Positions 45,620-58,327 of a DNA stretch of 64,000 bases are shown here, piece by piece (position 1 is the stretch's first letter; every line of letters begins with the position of its first letter). A program made the translations under genes and the position numbers. The notes beneath the pieces were generated by a model. That model searched no databases. It saw nothing but the letters and a program-made list of their open reading frames with translations, and was not told the origin of the DNA. The stretch covers positions 1 through 64,000 of the forward strand of contig CDMY01000153.1 of the NCBI GenBank assembly GCA_001179505.1, written 5' to 3'. The stretch is from Vitrella brassicaformis CCMP3155. Taxonomy: Eukaryota; Protista; Chromerida.

Positions 45620-48287
45620 ATGTCGTTCGGCAGCCGAACAAAGGAGGGAAAAAAGAAAACGATTTATGGCAATCCCTTCCAGTTTCACGGATTTCCCAAA
45701 CATCCCCTTTACTGTTTTACGAACACGCCTGCCCGAAGGGCAGGCACTGGCAGGCACTCCACTTGCCCGATGGTTCGGTGGCAATTTCCCCCATTCTGAT
45801 GCATTCGAAGGTGGAGGTGCTCAAAGAGTTCAAAAGGGGGAAGAAGGATGATGGGTTTGGGGAAACGCGCAGAGTTTTTCAAAGGACCCGTTTGCTGAAG
45901 GGACGCCCCGGACTCCCAGCTGGTGTGCAGGAGGCGGAGGATCTCCTTTTCCCGGAGGAGAAGCAGGTGGGGAACTACAAGCCATCTTCTCTGTGCATTT
46001 GTAAACTTTTTCACTTTCTCACCAGAACGCAGAGGCACAGCAAGATGACGCCGTCCATTCATTTGATCTGGAGTGGAAACAACTCTCACAAGACCTGGAC
46101 TCTCATGACCAATGGGCTGGAAAGCGGAGGAAGACCTCCGTCGAGAATGCGCATCGTAATGGCTCAATAGAGCCAACCTGTCCTGGCTATGACCGGCTGA
46201 CGAGAGAGCTGCTGTACGAGAAGAGGGCACCCGCCAGGGTGAGCGATCGACGGAGGCTACACCTGTGATTCTGCACTGGTGGACGTCTTGCTCGTTCGCT
46301 TACTTGGTCTGCAGGAGAGGCTGAAGACTTCAGGAGAGCTGGCACGAGAACGATCGCTGCAGCTGGAACAACAATCCCGGCGCGCAGCTGCTGGGACCGA
46401 GGAGCCTCCGGATGACTACGTGAGCGACATGGAACACTTTCTCAGCACTCCGTCGGCCACTCATGCAGCGCCTACCAGTCCGGACCTCCTTGGGACCGCA
46501 GCGGCTCGTCACCCATCGAGCCTGCAGATTGACGGTATGCCGGAGGACGATGCGGCGAGGCAGTTGGGAATGGCGGACCCCGAGATGGCCGAGATGCGCG
46601 GTGACGGAGAAGTCGCCGATTTACTCTCTTGCGGATACCCGACATCCGCCTGTAATGTTCAGCAAACTCTTTCGAATCGGTCTCTAAGTGAAGTGACGGC
46701 GTGTCTTCAGAGGTGATAATGCAGGGGGAAATGGACCAACAACGCGAATGCGTACGTTGTTTCACTCAGATTGATTCGGGGCTCGTCTCTGTTGACGGAC
46801 AAGGCGGATGGGAAGAAAGCATTTCTTCAATCGTTGATTGAATCGATCATCGACGGCTGGGCTGCCTGTAAGTAAGGCCTTCTGATGACGCCGAAGCCGG
46901 TCTTACGCTGTCCTGCTTTGGCCTACTTGTGTGGTTTGCTTGACAGGTGGTAGCGCCGGCTGGTCGCAGAACCTCAAATCGTACCAGGTGGGTCGTTGAT
47001 AGTCTCTGCTGTGTGCACAGATGCATCAACTGTTACGTGCTGCCTCTTTGTCAGGCGTCGCTGTGTGACCTTGCAGCGGAGCTTGGAAATGAAGCAGATG
47101 AGACCATCAGACATCTAATGCACGGGTGTGTGTCGTACGACATCCCTCCGGACGACTCGAGTGAGGCCAACCACACAACAAGATCGACAGGCGGCTTCCG
47201 GCTTTTGCGCCTGATAAAAGTCGTGGACGTACTGCTTGATCTTACCGGCGTCAGCGAAAAAGAGGCGAAGTACCGCGGTTCGCTACTCAGTTTGCAGATT
47301 GACGTGCTGGAGACCGCAGCATGGCGTCTGTTCGGGTGGACTAGCGATGATCCGCGAGGCAACCTCGGCGTAGCACCATCCATTCGGCCTGCCAAACTGG
47401 CGTCCGCGCTGAGCATTTTGAGTCTCCTGTGCTCTCTGTTGAAGAGGAGTCGTCGTTGCAGCCCCCTCTTCTGCGCTCTCACCATGGCTACCGTCAGCAT
47501 GCTTGCAGACAGAAGAAGATCCTCCCCTTCCGACGCAACTCTCTGTCAGCGCACCCACCACTTACAAGCCTTGCTGATCGAAGGCCTGGTAGACTATGTC
47601 AGCATGCTGGTAGGCAAGTATGGCAGGGAAGCAGGCAGGCAAGCCGACTACACCAACGCAACACCCACGCCTGCCTACACACCCAGCTGGCGTCTTTTAC
47701 CTGTCCTGTCTGCAGCGCGCTGAGACAGGTGGCGGGGTGGCCGTAGATGCGCTCGTGGACCACATTGTCATGGCGAGCCTCATGTGCGATCCGGATATGG
47801 TTGCTGGTGACCTTGCTGACAGTCTATCGTCGTGCCGACTGGAGGGCCAGGCGTTCCCCCTCTCACTCCAGTTCTCCAGGAAAAAAGGCATTCGCCTCCT
47901 GGACCCATCGTTCGGAGATCCTTCAGACACACATGGCACAATGCGCAGAGACGGCCGTCAGTCGGAGGTGGATTGGCTCAAGAGGCAGTCCAAGGCGGAC
48001 AAGCGATTCCTCAATCGGAAGGTGAGTCGGAGGCGAGTCGTCACGAATACCGAGGCACGTTATCCTCGATGATCGTTTCTGTGATACAGATTCGACGGGA
48101 GAGGGAGTTTTTGAGCGTTCTCTCGTCGAAGGCAGAGAAGAGGCGGCACAGCCACCTGGCGAAGAGGGAAAGATCAATTCATGCCGATTTGGAGAGGGAG
48201 AGAGGAATGGTAACGGCACTCAGGACAAGGGCCGTGGCCTTCAAGGGCGGCAGCGTCCACCAAAAGAAAAAGGGACGCAGTGCGTGA
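45620..48287 (+). CDS. NOP14: Probable nucleolar protein NOP14 (SSU processome)
   Basis: N-terminal GNPFQ and LKEFKRGKKDDGF; C-terminal GIRLLDPSF...EVDWLKRQSKADKRFLNRKIRREREFL and a basic tail. These resemble recalled NOP14 conserved blocks; the match is by eye and divergent. Confidence 0.55.
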
Positions 48288-48545
48288 AGGACCCGCGTGC
48301 CTGAGAACATGTGTACTGTGAATACATGCGGTGTCCAACCGCTGCAGTGCACGAGTTTAACATCGAGGATGCACGGCATCGGCATATCATTTATCGACGC
48401 TTTCACCCACTCTCAGTCTGTGAAACTGTCATTAACCGTGTCTGCATATCTATATCTACACACGCGCATTCACGCATGCTGAATCTGAGTAGATAATGAC
48501 AGACGCATCGTCTCTCTCCGACAGATAATCAATCTACACAAGCTG

Positions 48546-49201
48546 CTACCACCCATCCACATTCGCTTCCTTCGGTGTCTTCTTCTCGGCACTCGTCTTC
48601 GCCGTTGAAGGTGAGGAAGAGCGCTGCAAACAGAATGCGTGTGCGAGGGGAAATCTCTTTGCCGCGTCTCCCTTCCCCATCCCCCATCCTCACCGATGGG
48701 TCTTTCTTGGATACTTCAGTCACATCGATATCGAAGTCGGCAGCGATGTCTTCCTCCTGCTGTGGCGACATCTGCAATAGCGGGCTCAAACGCACGCACA
48801 CACACACACGCACCTTCATGACATGGCCCATGAATGCATGACAGTCCCTCGCTCACCCATACTGGAAGATTGCCTCCCCGCCTCTCCGCTTGCACTCCCT
48901 GCTCCTCTGTGAAGTAGCCCATTCCAAATCCCGTGGCAACGCCCAGCAGTGTCGCAGCCACCAGCACCCACGGGCTCTCTTCGAATGCTGCCAAGGGTAG
49001 AGTTGTTGCGGCGCTCTCAGCCACCGCCATCGAAGAACAGGGCTGTCTTGGCCTCAGCAACCTGCTTACTGCCCCTCCGGCCGGGCCTCGGCCTCGAGCA
49101 GTGAGAGGGACAGGCACAAATGCGGTGGTGGACGTACCCTCTGCTCTCAACCCGGAAGATCCCGCCAGGAAGACAGCCGTGACTACAGCAAACAGCGCCA
49201 T
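48546..49201 (-). CDS. Small plastid-targeted single-pass membrane protein, function unknown
   Basis: Signal peptide (MALFAVVTAVFLAGSSG), AFV cleavage-type motif, Arg/Ser-rich transit peptide, TM helix (PWVLVAATLLGVATGFGMGYF). Three exons ending ...EANVDGW*. Confidence 0.7.
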
Positions 49202-49402
49202 TCTACCAACCTCAACTCAAAACTCTACACACCCAGAAAGGTTTCTGGCGATCGCCATCACGGTTTAGGCTTTAGGGCATAAAGTCCGCACGCAACGCAT
49301 GTCTTGCCGTTTTCTTTGACGTTACGTCATGCGGAGGCGCTACCAGCGAATGAAGGTTTACATGAATCAAGACATGCGTTGGCCGAAATAGTCGGACTCG
49401 AG

Positions 49403-52400
49403 CTACCGTCTTCGAGACCACTGCACACAGGCAGCAAAAGGGCCACCGTCCATCGGCATCATGACGAGTTCACTTCTCACCTGTCGGGCTGCCGGAACGT
49501 CACCTTCATCGTCATCCATGTCGTCGTTGTTTTCACCTGCACAGAGACAACGACGACACACAAAAATACATCAACCGGCTCTTGACAATGGGTGCATGTC
49601 TGTCTGTCTGTTTGCATGTCTTGCAGGTGCTCATCACCTACTTATGTCGTCCAAGTCCTCCTCGTCCTCATCTCTTCGCCGCTTCTTGTTGTTCCACTCC
49701 GACAGCTTCGCCTTGGTTGGTTGTGATTGACCACACAAACCAAACCGACATTCATTCAAACATTAATTGAATACACACGCGACCGATTTCATCCCCGTAT
49801 CTTCTCCTCTCCTCTCCCTCCTGTGCCCTCTTCCGGCCTGGCTGCCTCTCCGCACAAGCTCACCTGCCGTAGCTTCGGCTTGCTCTTGGCTTTGCCTGAT
49901 GAACCAACGAAGAGAAAGGCATGAGGGTGGGAACATGCAGGGCATCCGTACGCACGTGTGTGCGTACGTGTTGCACACCTAACCTTTGGCTTTTGCTTTA
50001 GTCTTGCCCTTCGCTTTGGCTTTGGCTTTGGTCTTAGGCCGTGCGACGTGCTCACCATCGTCATCATCATCGGCCTCCTGATCGATGTCCATGCCACCCC
50101 GCGGGGCCGCTCCGGAACTCGACTGATCATCCGCAGCCGCACCAACCCCCTGATCCATCCATCCATCCATAGACACAATGAGTGACGTGTGCAAGCATGC
50201 AAATACATGGTTTGCTGTGTGTGCTGGCTGCGCGGCGTCTGTCGACCTACCTGTTGTTGGTCATTGCCGCCGACTCTGTCTGCCCTGACTTTCTGCGCAT
50301 GTTGCTTGGCGAGCTGTATGATGTCGTCCCGCACCTTCTGAGCATCGGTGCTGAGCTGAGGCCTAACAAAGAGCAGGAGGAGGACAGGAGATACACACAC
50401 ACAGTCACACATACATAAATAGATACACACCCTTCCGTCTGCAGGCCGGCAGGCAGGTGGGCATTGCTTACTTGATTTGTGATCGCGTTTTGTCGAGCAT
50501 AATCCCCACGAACTTGTCAATTGCCGAAGTCTCCTGCAGCCAGCGGCACGGCACAGCAGGGACGCGGATGCACGTACGAGCCCACGCAGGCGTCACTCCC
50601 TCACTGCCTGCCTGTCTGTCTGTCACTCACCATCTTGAGGACGTAGTCTTGAATGGCGAGATTCAGCTGAGGCTCCGACAGGATATCCAGGAAGCCCTCC
50701 TTCTCAATGTATGTGAAGATCTGACAGTCAATTGACGAGCCAGCCAGCCCAGCCAGCGATGGATGCGATGGATGCGCAGACAGAGAAATCAATCATGCAG
50801 CCACCCACCCAGCCAGCCAGTCTCCTGGCCCCATGCATTCATTTATTTGTATGTGTTGTGTGTCCTGAATGAATGGGTGGGAAGGCGGCCAGCCAGCCAG
50901 CCAGCGTGCGTACTATGTCTTGTATTTCCTTTCCATCGGCATCCTCCGTGTCTTCGATGACCAAGTTGGGGATGGCCTTGTTACGACGAGCACGCACGGT
51001 AGACGAAGCCGCGTCCCTGGGCACCAGCACACACAGACACACCGCCAGACAGCCATAGAGTGTCTCCAGTATGCAAACATGCACACTTCCAACCGACGTG
51101 GGTGGAGTGCGTTGCGTTGCGTCGCCTCGCCTCGCGTACTGACTTGTTGGCGCGTCGGCTCTTGTGGAAGAGAAGTATGTCGTCAGGATTCGCAACCTTG
51201 CCTGTGGGCCCCAGTCCACCCGACCAACACGACAGAATGCATGACATACATATGTAGGTTGATTGGCTGGTTGATCTCATCCGTAGGTAGGTGTACTTTA
51301 CTTACTGTACAGGCCAGTCCTATCGGTAGGTAGATATCTATCTGAGTGTAAGTCAACAACTCACCGACGAACTGCTGTCCAAATCGCTGATTGCTGATGG
51401 TTGGGTACCCAGAGTGCTCCACCTTCAACCTGCAGCCAGCCAGACAGCCAGACAGCCAGACAGCCACATGGAAACACACATCATACACACATGTGACATG
51501 CGTCCGTGCGTGTTTGGGTTCAGAGGTGGGCACCGCATGCATGCCTGCCTGCCTACGATGATAGGTGGTTTATGTGTGTACCCACCGTATCAGAGGCAGC
51601 ATCGGATCACGGGCCTCCCCACCTGCTGGTATGTGCCACGATGATGCGTGGGAGACAACGACCATGCTCAGCTGTCCGCCCGTTTGCGTGTGGGTGCGTA
51701 CTGAACAGGTGTGTGTGTGTTACCTACCGACCTGGCTCTTCATCTTGATCCTCCTGTTGCCTCTTGTGGGTCCTCTCGATAAGTGCCTCAACCGTCTGAC
51801 GAATGGACCCACGCACCGCACCAAAGCACCCAAGCACCAAGAAACGAACCGAGCCGTACGCAGGTCACACGTTGGTCGGTTGCTGTTTGGCCTGCCTGCC
51901 TGGCTGAGCAGTGCTATGATTCCCTCCTCGTCAGATGGGTCCAATTCACCCTCGTCACTCAGAGACACCTGACCGGTCGGTGCGACACACATGTACAGGC
52001 ACATGGATACGTACGTACGTACGTACGTACGTAGATATGTGCGCTCATATGTGTGCTAATTATACGTGTGCTTATATGTGTGTGCTTATATGTGTGTGCT
52101 TATATGTGTGTGTACATATGTGGGTGGGTGGGTGGGTGTGCGAATGTTGAGGCCTGCCTGCCTGTGTTCCCCTCCCTCTCTTCTTCCCCCTTTCTCTGTG
52201 CGTGTCGGTGCGTGTGTGTGGATGTATGTGATGTGATGTGATGTCGCACCTCCTGGAATTCGAATGGCCGGACTGTCTTGAGGCGCTTGGGGACCACACG
52301 GAAATTCTCACCGCTGCGCCATGGGTCGATCGACGTGCACACACATTGGTTGGATTGGTGCAGTGTGTGTGGACTCGATGCGTGTACCCTCCACCCAGCC

Positions 52401-54238
52401 ACCCACCTGATTTCTAGTATGGCCACATGTTTGGGTAGGGCTTCTCCTGCGGCCAGGGAGGTGGCGACAGACGAACCAGGCTGGACCACGTGGAAGTGAG
52501 ACTGGTGGATGGATGGACGGACGGACGCACGGGGGACAGGCAGGCAGGCAGACAGACAGACAAACACGAGGGAAACAGACTAGTTAGTCGTCTGATGGGT
52601 GGCGGATGGGCTGACCCTGACTGCCTCACTGACCTGTGCAGAGTCGACAGGATCAATAAGGCAGTCGTGCTCGTGACACTGCACACATGTACGTACGTAG
52701 ATGCAGGGGGAAGGGAAGGGCTATGCATGGCGGAATTGCAGGACGGGTCCGCTTGATTTGGCAGGCCAGCCAGCTTACCCATATCACGAGATCCAAAAAC
52801 TGTGGCAATTGGGCTTCGTGAATGCAGTTTTTTGACGTGGATCCGCCCCCATGACCCTTGTACCTGCACCACACAGATTCACCAAGCAAGTGAGCCTCGA
52901 TACGACGCCATATGGATTCCTCTACTCGATCCCGTGTGTGTCGCTACTGTTTATTGTCCTGTCTATTGTCCGGTTTGTTGTCCTGTCTGTCTGTCTGTAT
53001 CCTCCCTCTGTCCCCGTGTCTGTGTCTGTGTCTGTGACCTGTTTTGATGGATGACCATGAGGTTGAACCACTCGCTTGCACCAGGCTCCTGGCCATCAGA
53101 CGACCCATCCACACCTGTGCACCAAGGCGATCGCCATCAAACACACAGTATTGCGTTTTCGATCAGTGTGTGAGTGCATCGGTTATGGGTTGCTCTGACG
53201 GCCCAGCCCGCGGCGCCCCTAGGCTGACCCAGCCGTATGGCTCACCCATGTCATTATCGACCGCCACACTCCTCTTCGGCACATGAAACTTGACCTGTGA
53301 CACACACACACACAGAGTAGATACCATACCACAGAGAGGGGAAATATGGGGGCTCCCTACTGCACTGCCTCCCTCCGTCCGTGCGTCCCTCCCTTCTCCC
53401 CTCCCTCCCTCCCTCCTCCCCTACCTGGACATTGCTGAACGCCCGGTGCAGTCGCTCGTCGCGGATGTTGCCCAGCCCGTAGAGAGCCACCTTGGTCTGG
53501 CCCTTGCGCAGCAGGACTGGATACACATTGATGTTGTCCAGGTCTTCGCTCTTGCCGAAGTAATTCACCTGACACCCACACAGGCCCCGCACCGCACCCA
53601 GACGGGCACGACACACATAGAAAAGGCGTGGCGTGAATGAATGCCACGCACGACAGCCAGCATACATACATACGATACATAGATGGATGGATGGATGGCT
53701 CTCTTACAAGTGAGGCCGTGCTGAGAAGGTCGAGTGCTGAAAGGTTGTTGTCGCCCGAAGGATCGTCTGACCGAAGTGACACACCGACCGACCGACCGAC
53801 CAAGGCGCACACGCAACAAACGACAAACAACAGAACACCATGTTTCTGGATAGACGAGTACATACATACATACATACAGGATATGGACATGTGCAAGATG
53901 ATAGATTGAGCCGAACCTGCCTGACAGGGCTGGGGGGGNNNNNNNNNNNNNNNNNNNNNNNNNNNNNNNNNNNNNNNNNNNNNNNNNNNNNNNNNNNNNN
54001 NNNNNNNNNNNNNNNNNNNNNNNNNNNNNNNNNNNNNNNNNNNNNNNNNNNNNNNNNNNNNNNNNNNNNNNNNNNNNNNNNNNNNNNNNNNNNNNNNNNN
54101 NNNNNNNNNNNNNNNNNNNNNNNNNNNNNNNNNNNNNNNNNNNNNNNNNNNNNNNNNNNNNNNNNNNNNNNNNNNNNNNNNNNNNNNNNNNNNNNNNNNN
54201 NNNNNNNNNNNNNNNNNNNNNNNNNNNNNNNNNNNNNN

Positions 54239-54274
<36 letters not shown>

Positions 54275-54964
54275 CTGCCACCTGCCTGCCTGGGTGCCTG
54301 GCTACGTCCCGTATGTATGTGTATATGTATGCGCGAGTGAGTGACTGAGCGGTAGCGTCTGTCTGTCTGTCTGTCTGCACTCCGTGCATCCAGACGCACA
54401 CACACCCACACACACACAAATTCATACATCCATACATCCATACCGTGGTTTCCATGTACGATGAATACGGGTGTTTCGATGTTGAGGTTGGGGTCCTCGT
54501 GTGTGACTTGGCCGGTGGGGAAGACCCGGCGGTCGTCCGAGTTGAGCACCTCGAAATACACACCGCCCTCACCCACAGTGTACTTCCGCAGCAACGACGA
54601 CACGCGATTCCTACAGGTGGGTGGGTAGGTGGGAGTAGCAGTCACACACACACACACGCACACACGCACACCGCAATCAAACAGAGTGCATCCATCCATC
54701 ATCACTCTGTCTGTCTGCCTGTCTGTGTCTGTGTTTCGTCTTCTTCCAAGTGAGTGATTACATGCATGGTCGTGAGGGTTTGTTTTCGTCGTAGAGGTCT
54801 CCGCCGTGTAGGACGAAGTCCACGTCCTCATTTTTGCCTATCTGGAGGATCTCCTCGAGCGTCACGAACGAGTCGTCGCCCCGGATCTTGTCACGCTCCT
54901 TGTACCCCACGTGCGTGTCAGTTGCTACCAGAATACGCAACAGATCGGCCGCTCCGCCTGCCAT
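49403..54964 (-). CDS. MRE11: Double-strand break repair nuclease MRE11
   Basis: LRILVATDTHVGY, VDFVLHGGDLYDENKPSR, DPNLNIETPVFIVHGNH|DDPSG, VALYGLGNIRDERL, WFNLMVIHQN, QPGSSVATSL...EALPKHVAIL, LKTVRPF, RLKVEHSG...NQRFGQQFVG|KVANPDDIL. Acidic/basic tail ending QWSRRR*. Confidence 0.96.
53939..54238. other. Assembly gap (300 N) within a poly-G tract
   Basis: N run flanked by G homopolymers in an MRE11 intron. Confidence 1.
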
Positions 54965-55449
54965 ACCAACTTCACAGAATGATTTGCGAGCTTGACAGTT
55001 CTCCTGGCCGCTGGCCCGGAACTGAATTCATTCGAATGCTCGGTAGTGTAGTGTATGTAATTCACTGCATTGATTCTGTGTGTCTGCTGCATGTACGTAC
55101 GTACGTCGCTGCATGCGGCCGGGGGTCCGGCTCTGTCCTCTCTCTGCGGCACTCACTGACTGCATCCATGGTAGGAATGGAATGCACCTCCCTCCATCAA
55201 CCACGCAACCACGCACACATGCAAGGCTTGGCGGATCCAGGCATCAACCAATCGACTCATCCATACACACGTCCATCAATCCACGAGCAAAGAGGTCGGC
55301 GTGCCCTCTGCAAGGCAAGAGACAGACAGACGGTACACATGGTCCATCCACTGGAGTGGATATGTATGTGTGTACAAGTGTGTGTGTGTAGATGAAGGCG
55401 CCCCACCTTATTGATTGATTCATCCATGTGCAGGCAGGCAGCAGGCAGG

Positions 55450-56986
55450 CTAGACGAGCGCTGGAGCCTCATTCCTCGCGTTCAGATCCACAAACTGACA
55501 CACAAACACAGACAGACACACAGACAGACAGACAAACAGACAAACAGACAACAGAGACAGCCAAAACACGACACATAGATAGATAGATACATCCATCGAC
55601 GGATAGATAGATACATGAATGAATGCAATGCAATGCATGCATGAGTCAGGCCTACGTGTGAGAAAGGCATGAGTCCGAGTCTGGTTTGGATCATGAGGTC
55701 GGGGGCGGGGCCGGTGGGGACAGGACGGGGGATCTTACGCGGCACCTTCACAGGCACGTGCACGTCCTTGAACACAGGAACCTTCACTCAACAAAGATAC
55801 AAACAGACAACCAAGGGAGGGAGGCAATGCACACCAACATCACACCACACCACTAGCTACCACACGGCCCGCCTGACTAGTTTGCTCACTGACTGACTGA
55901 CTGACTGACCGGGACTTCGATAGTCTTCTGAGCGACGGGAGCGCCAGTCATGGGCACAAACACGGGCACCTCCTTATACCTTGACAAATATTTATTTACC
56001 CACAGAAGCGCACCACACATTTGTGGCCACACAACCAACCCACGACACAAGCGGGGTGCCGTGCTGTGCTGTGCTGTGCTGTGGCCGTAATTGATCATCG
56101 TGGGCATTTAACCAATCATGGATTTCCTTACTTTGGGACGATCTTGGGGATCTTGACGTGCTGGATGATATCGCCCGGCCCCGGCTCGCCGCCCTGAACC
56201 ACCTCAGGCTCCGGCAGCCCCCGCCTGCATAGCATACATACATCATGCATGACACACAACAGGACCCAACACAGTGGCAGCTCGGGTGTGTGTGTAAATG
56301 TGTGATTGATGGATTGCCTGGCTGAATGAGTGAGTGTTTGATTCCTCACTCAGCGGCTCCTTCAGTGGGTACGTGTCGGTACTGCGGGACGGGCTGGGGG
56401 ACGGGCTTGGGGATCTCCTTGTACTGAGGCACCGGAATCTCAACGATCTTCTCAACGTACTGATGGATGGAGAAAGGAGAGGAAGCAAATGCACACGTAC
56501 GTACGCCACACCACACCCATACCAATACAGCAAGCAAACCAACATGGATGGCATCCGTTGGCTGGCTGTCTCTTTGTGTGCATTGCATTCGTGGATCTGT
56601 CTGTCTGTCTGTCTTGCGTACACATACATACACATGCGTTGCTTGGCCATGTATTTATATATGTACATCTGTGTAGGTGTGTAGGTGCCCCACCTGTATT
56701 TGTGGGACCTCGACGATCTTTTCGACGGGCACGTGTCGTGGGACGATCTGTGGGACGGGAATGTCCTTGTACACATACTGCACCTCGGGCTGCGGCACCG
56801 GCTCCACCTTCTCCAACTGCACACACACACGCACACACACACACACACACACAGACAGCCACAAACCATGCAGGCGAGGGATGAGGAGAGACACGCGAGT
56901 GCAACTGCCTGTGCTGCCTGACAGCAGGCGGGGGCGGGGAGGGGCGTGAATGCAAGCTTCTCCCTTCCTCCCTCCCTCCCTCCTGC

Positions 56987-57017
<31 letters not shown>

Positions 57018-58133
57018 TGACCCTCGTCTGTCCCTGAATCTCTCCCTCCATGCCTCTATCCGACGTCCGTCCGCGCGTCCGTTAGTGTGTGTGACGATGT
57101 GTGTGTGTGTGTGTGTGTGTGTGGCTATTACCTGTGGGTGGATGAACTGTGGGACCTCGACAATTTTCTCCTGTGTGATGATCTTGGGGACCTCGACGAT
57201 CCTCTCCTGGACCTCGATCTTGGGCACATGGATGATCTTCTCCTGCACGATCGTCTGAGGCACCTCCTGGAACTTCTCGATGTACTGAATCTGAGGAACC
57301 TCCACTATCTTCTCCTGCAGGGACGGACGCATGGATCATACAAACACACACACACACGCAGAGACATGCGTGTGCATGCATTGCAAGGCAGACAGGGCGA
57401 GAGGAAGCAGACAGGGGAGGAAGGCATGCAAGGCAGTGGGCGCACACAGGACGGGACGCCCGACACGTCCATGTCCGTCCATGTGCCACACACACATGTG
57501 CGTACGTACCTGCCTACGTACGCATGCATCCCTCCCTCCCTCCGTCCGTCCTCTGATACCTGTATTTGTATCTTGGGTATTTCGATGATGCGTTCCTGGA
57601 CCTCCACTTTGGGGACATGTACGATTTTCTCCTGCACGACCTGCTGGGTCACCTCGACAATCTTCTCGACATAATGCACCTGCGGCACCTCCACTATCTT
57701 CTCCTCTACTATGGGCTTGACAACCTCTATCACACGCTCCTGCGGGCAGGCAGCATACATAAACCACACACACGCATCCACACGAGCACAAAGCAAACCA
57801 CACCAGATAGATATATGCATGGGCAAGCAGGGAGACAGACAGACCGGCATGGCATGTGCATTCACCAGCCACAGACAGACGACCCGACCCGCACGGATGC
57901 ATGGTGCAAACGAACGAAGGCCCAGAGGGCCTCCCTGCGCTTATAAGGTACCTACCTGCAGAATGGGCTCGGCGGTGAATTTCTCAGGAATGGTATACCT
58001 GCAGCAGCAACGAACCCCATGCAATGCAGCCAGCATGCTCTCAGTCGGTTCTGTCTACTGCGGTGGGGAGTGGTGGTAAGGCGTACCTCGGGGGTGCCGG
58101 GCCGTCAGGCCCCTGAGGTCCTGTGGGCATCAT
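55450..58133 (-). CDS. Alveolin / inner membrane complex (IMC1-like) protein
   Basis: MMPTGPQGPDGPAPPR|YTIPEKFTAEPILQ|ERVIEVVKPIVEEKIVEVPQVHYVEKIVEV..., with repeated EKIVEVP/VPQ/VPK units, the hallmark of alveolins. Confidence 0.92.
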
Positions 58134-58327
58134 CGTCGGCAAGGCGGCAAAGGAGAGACGGGGGAGGGAGGGGAGCGGGAAAACGACTCGGAGCTCGGGA
58201 AAGGAAGGACGCGAGCTCCCCCCTGGGGGCCTGAAGACGCGACGAACGGGGGCGGTCGCGCGCGAGGATTTCTCACATCCGGGGGAGCATGCAAAGAACG
58301 CGTTAGCATGTAACATCTGTGTGTCCA

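Noticed and set aside
48575-48700. Apparent internal repeat in the small plastid protein (GDGEGRRGKEISPRTR resembling QAERRGG)
   Set aside because: It lies inside a GT-AG intron (TCG|GTGAGG...TTTGCAG|CGC). The spliced frame ends ...EANVDGW*.
49263-49277. TTTAGG/TTTAGGG telomere-like motif
   Set aside because: Only two imperfect units, in a short intergenic region; too little to call an interstitial telomere or telo-box.
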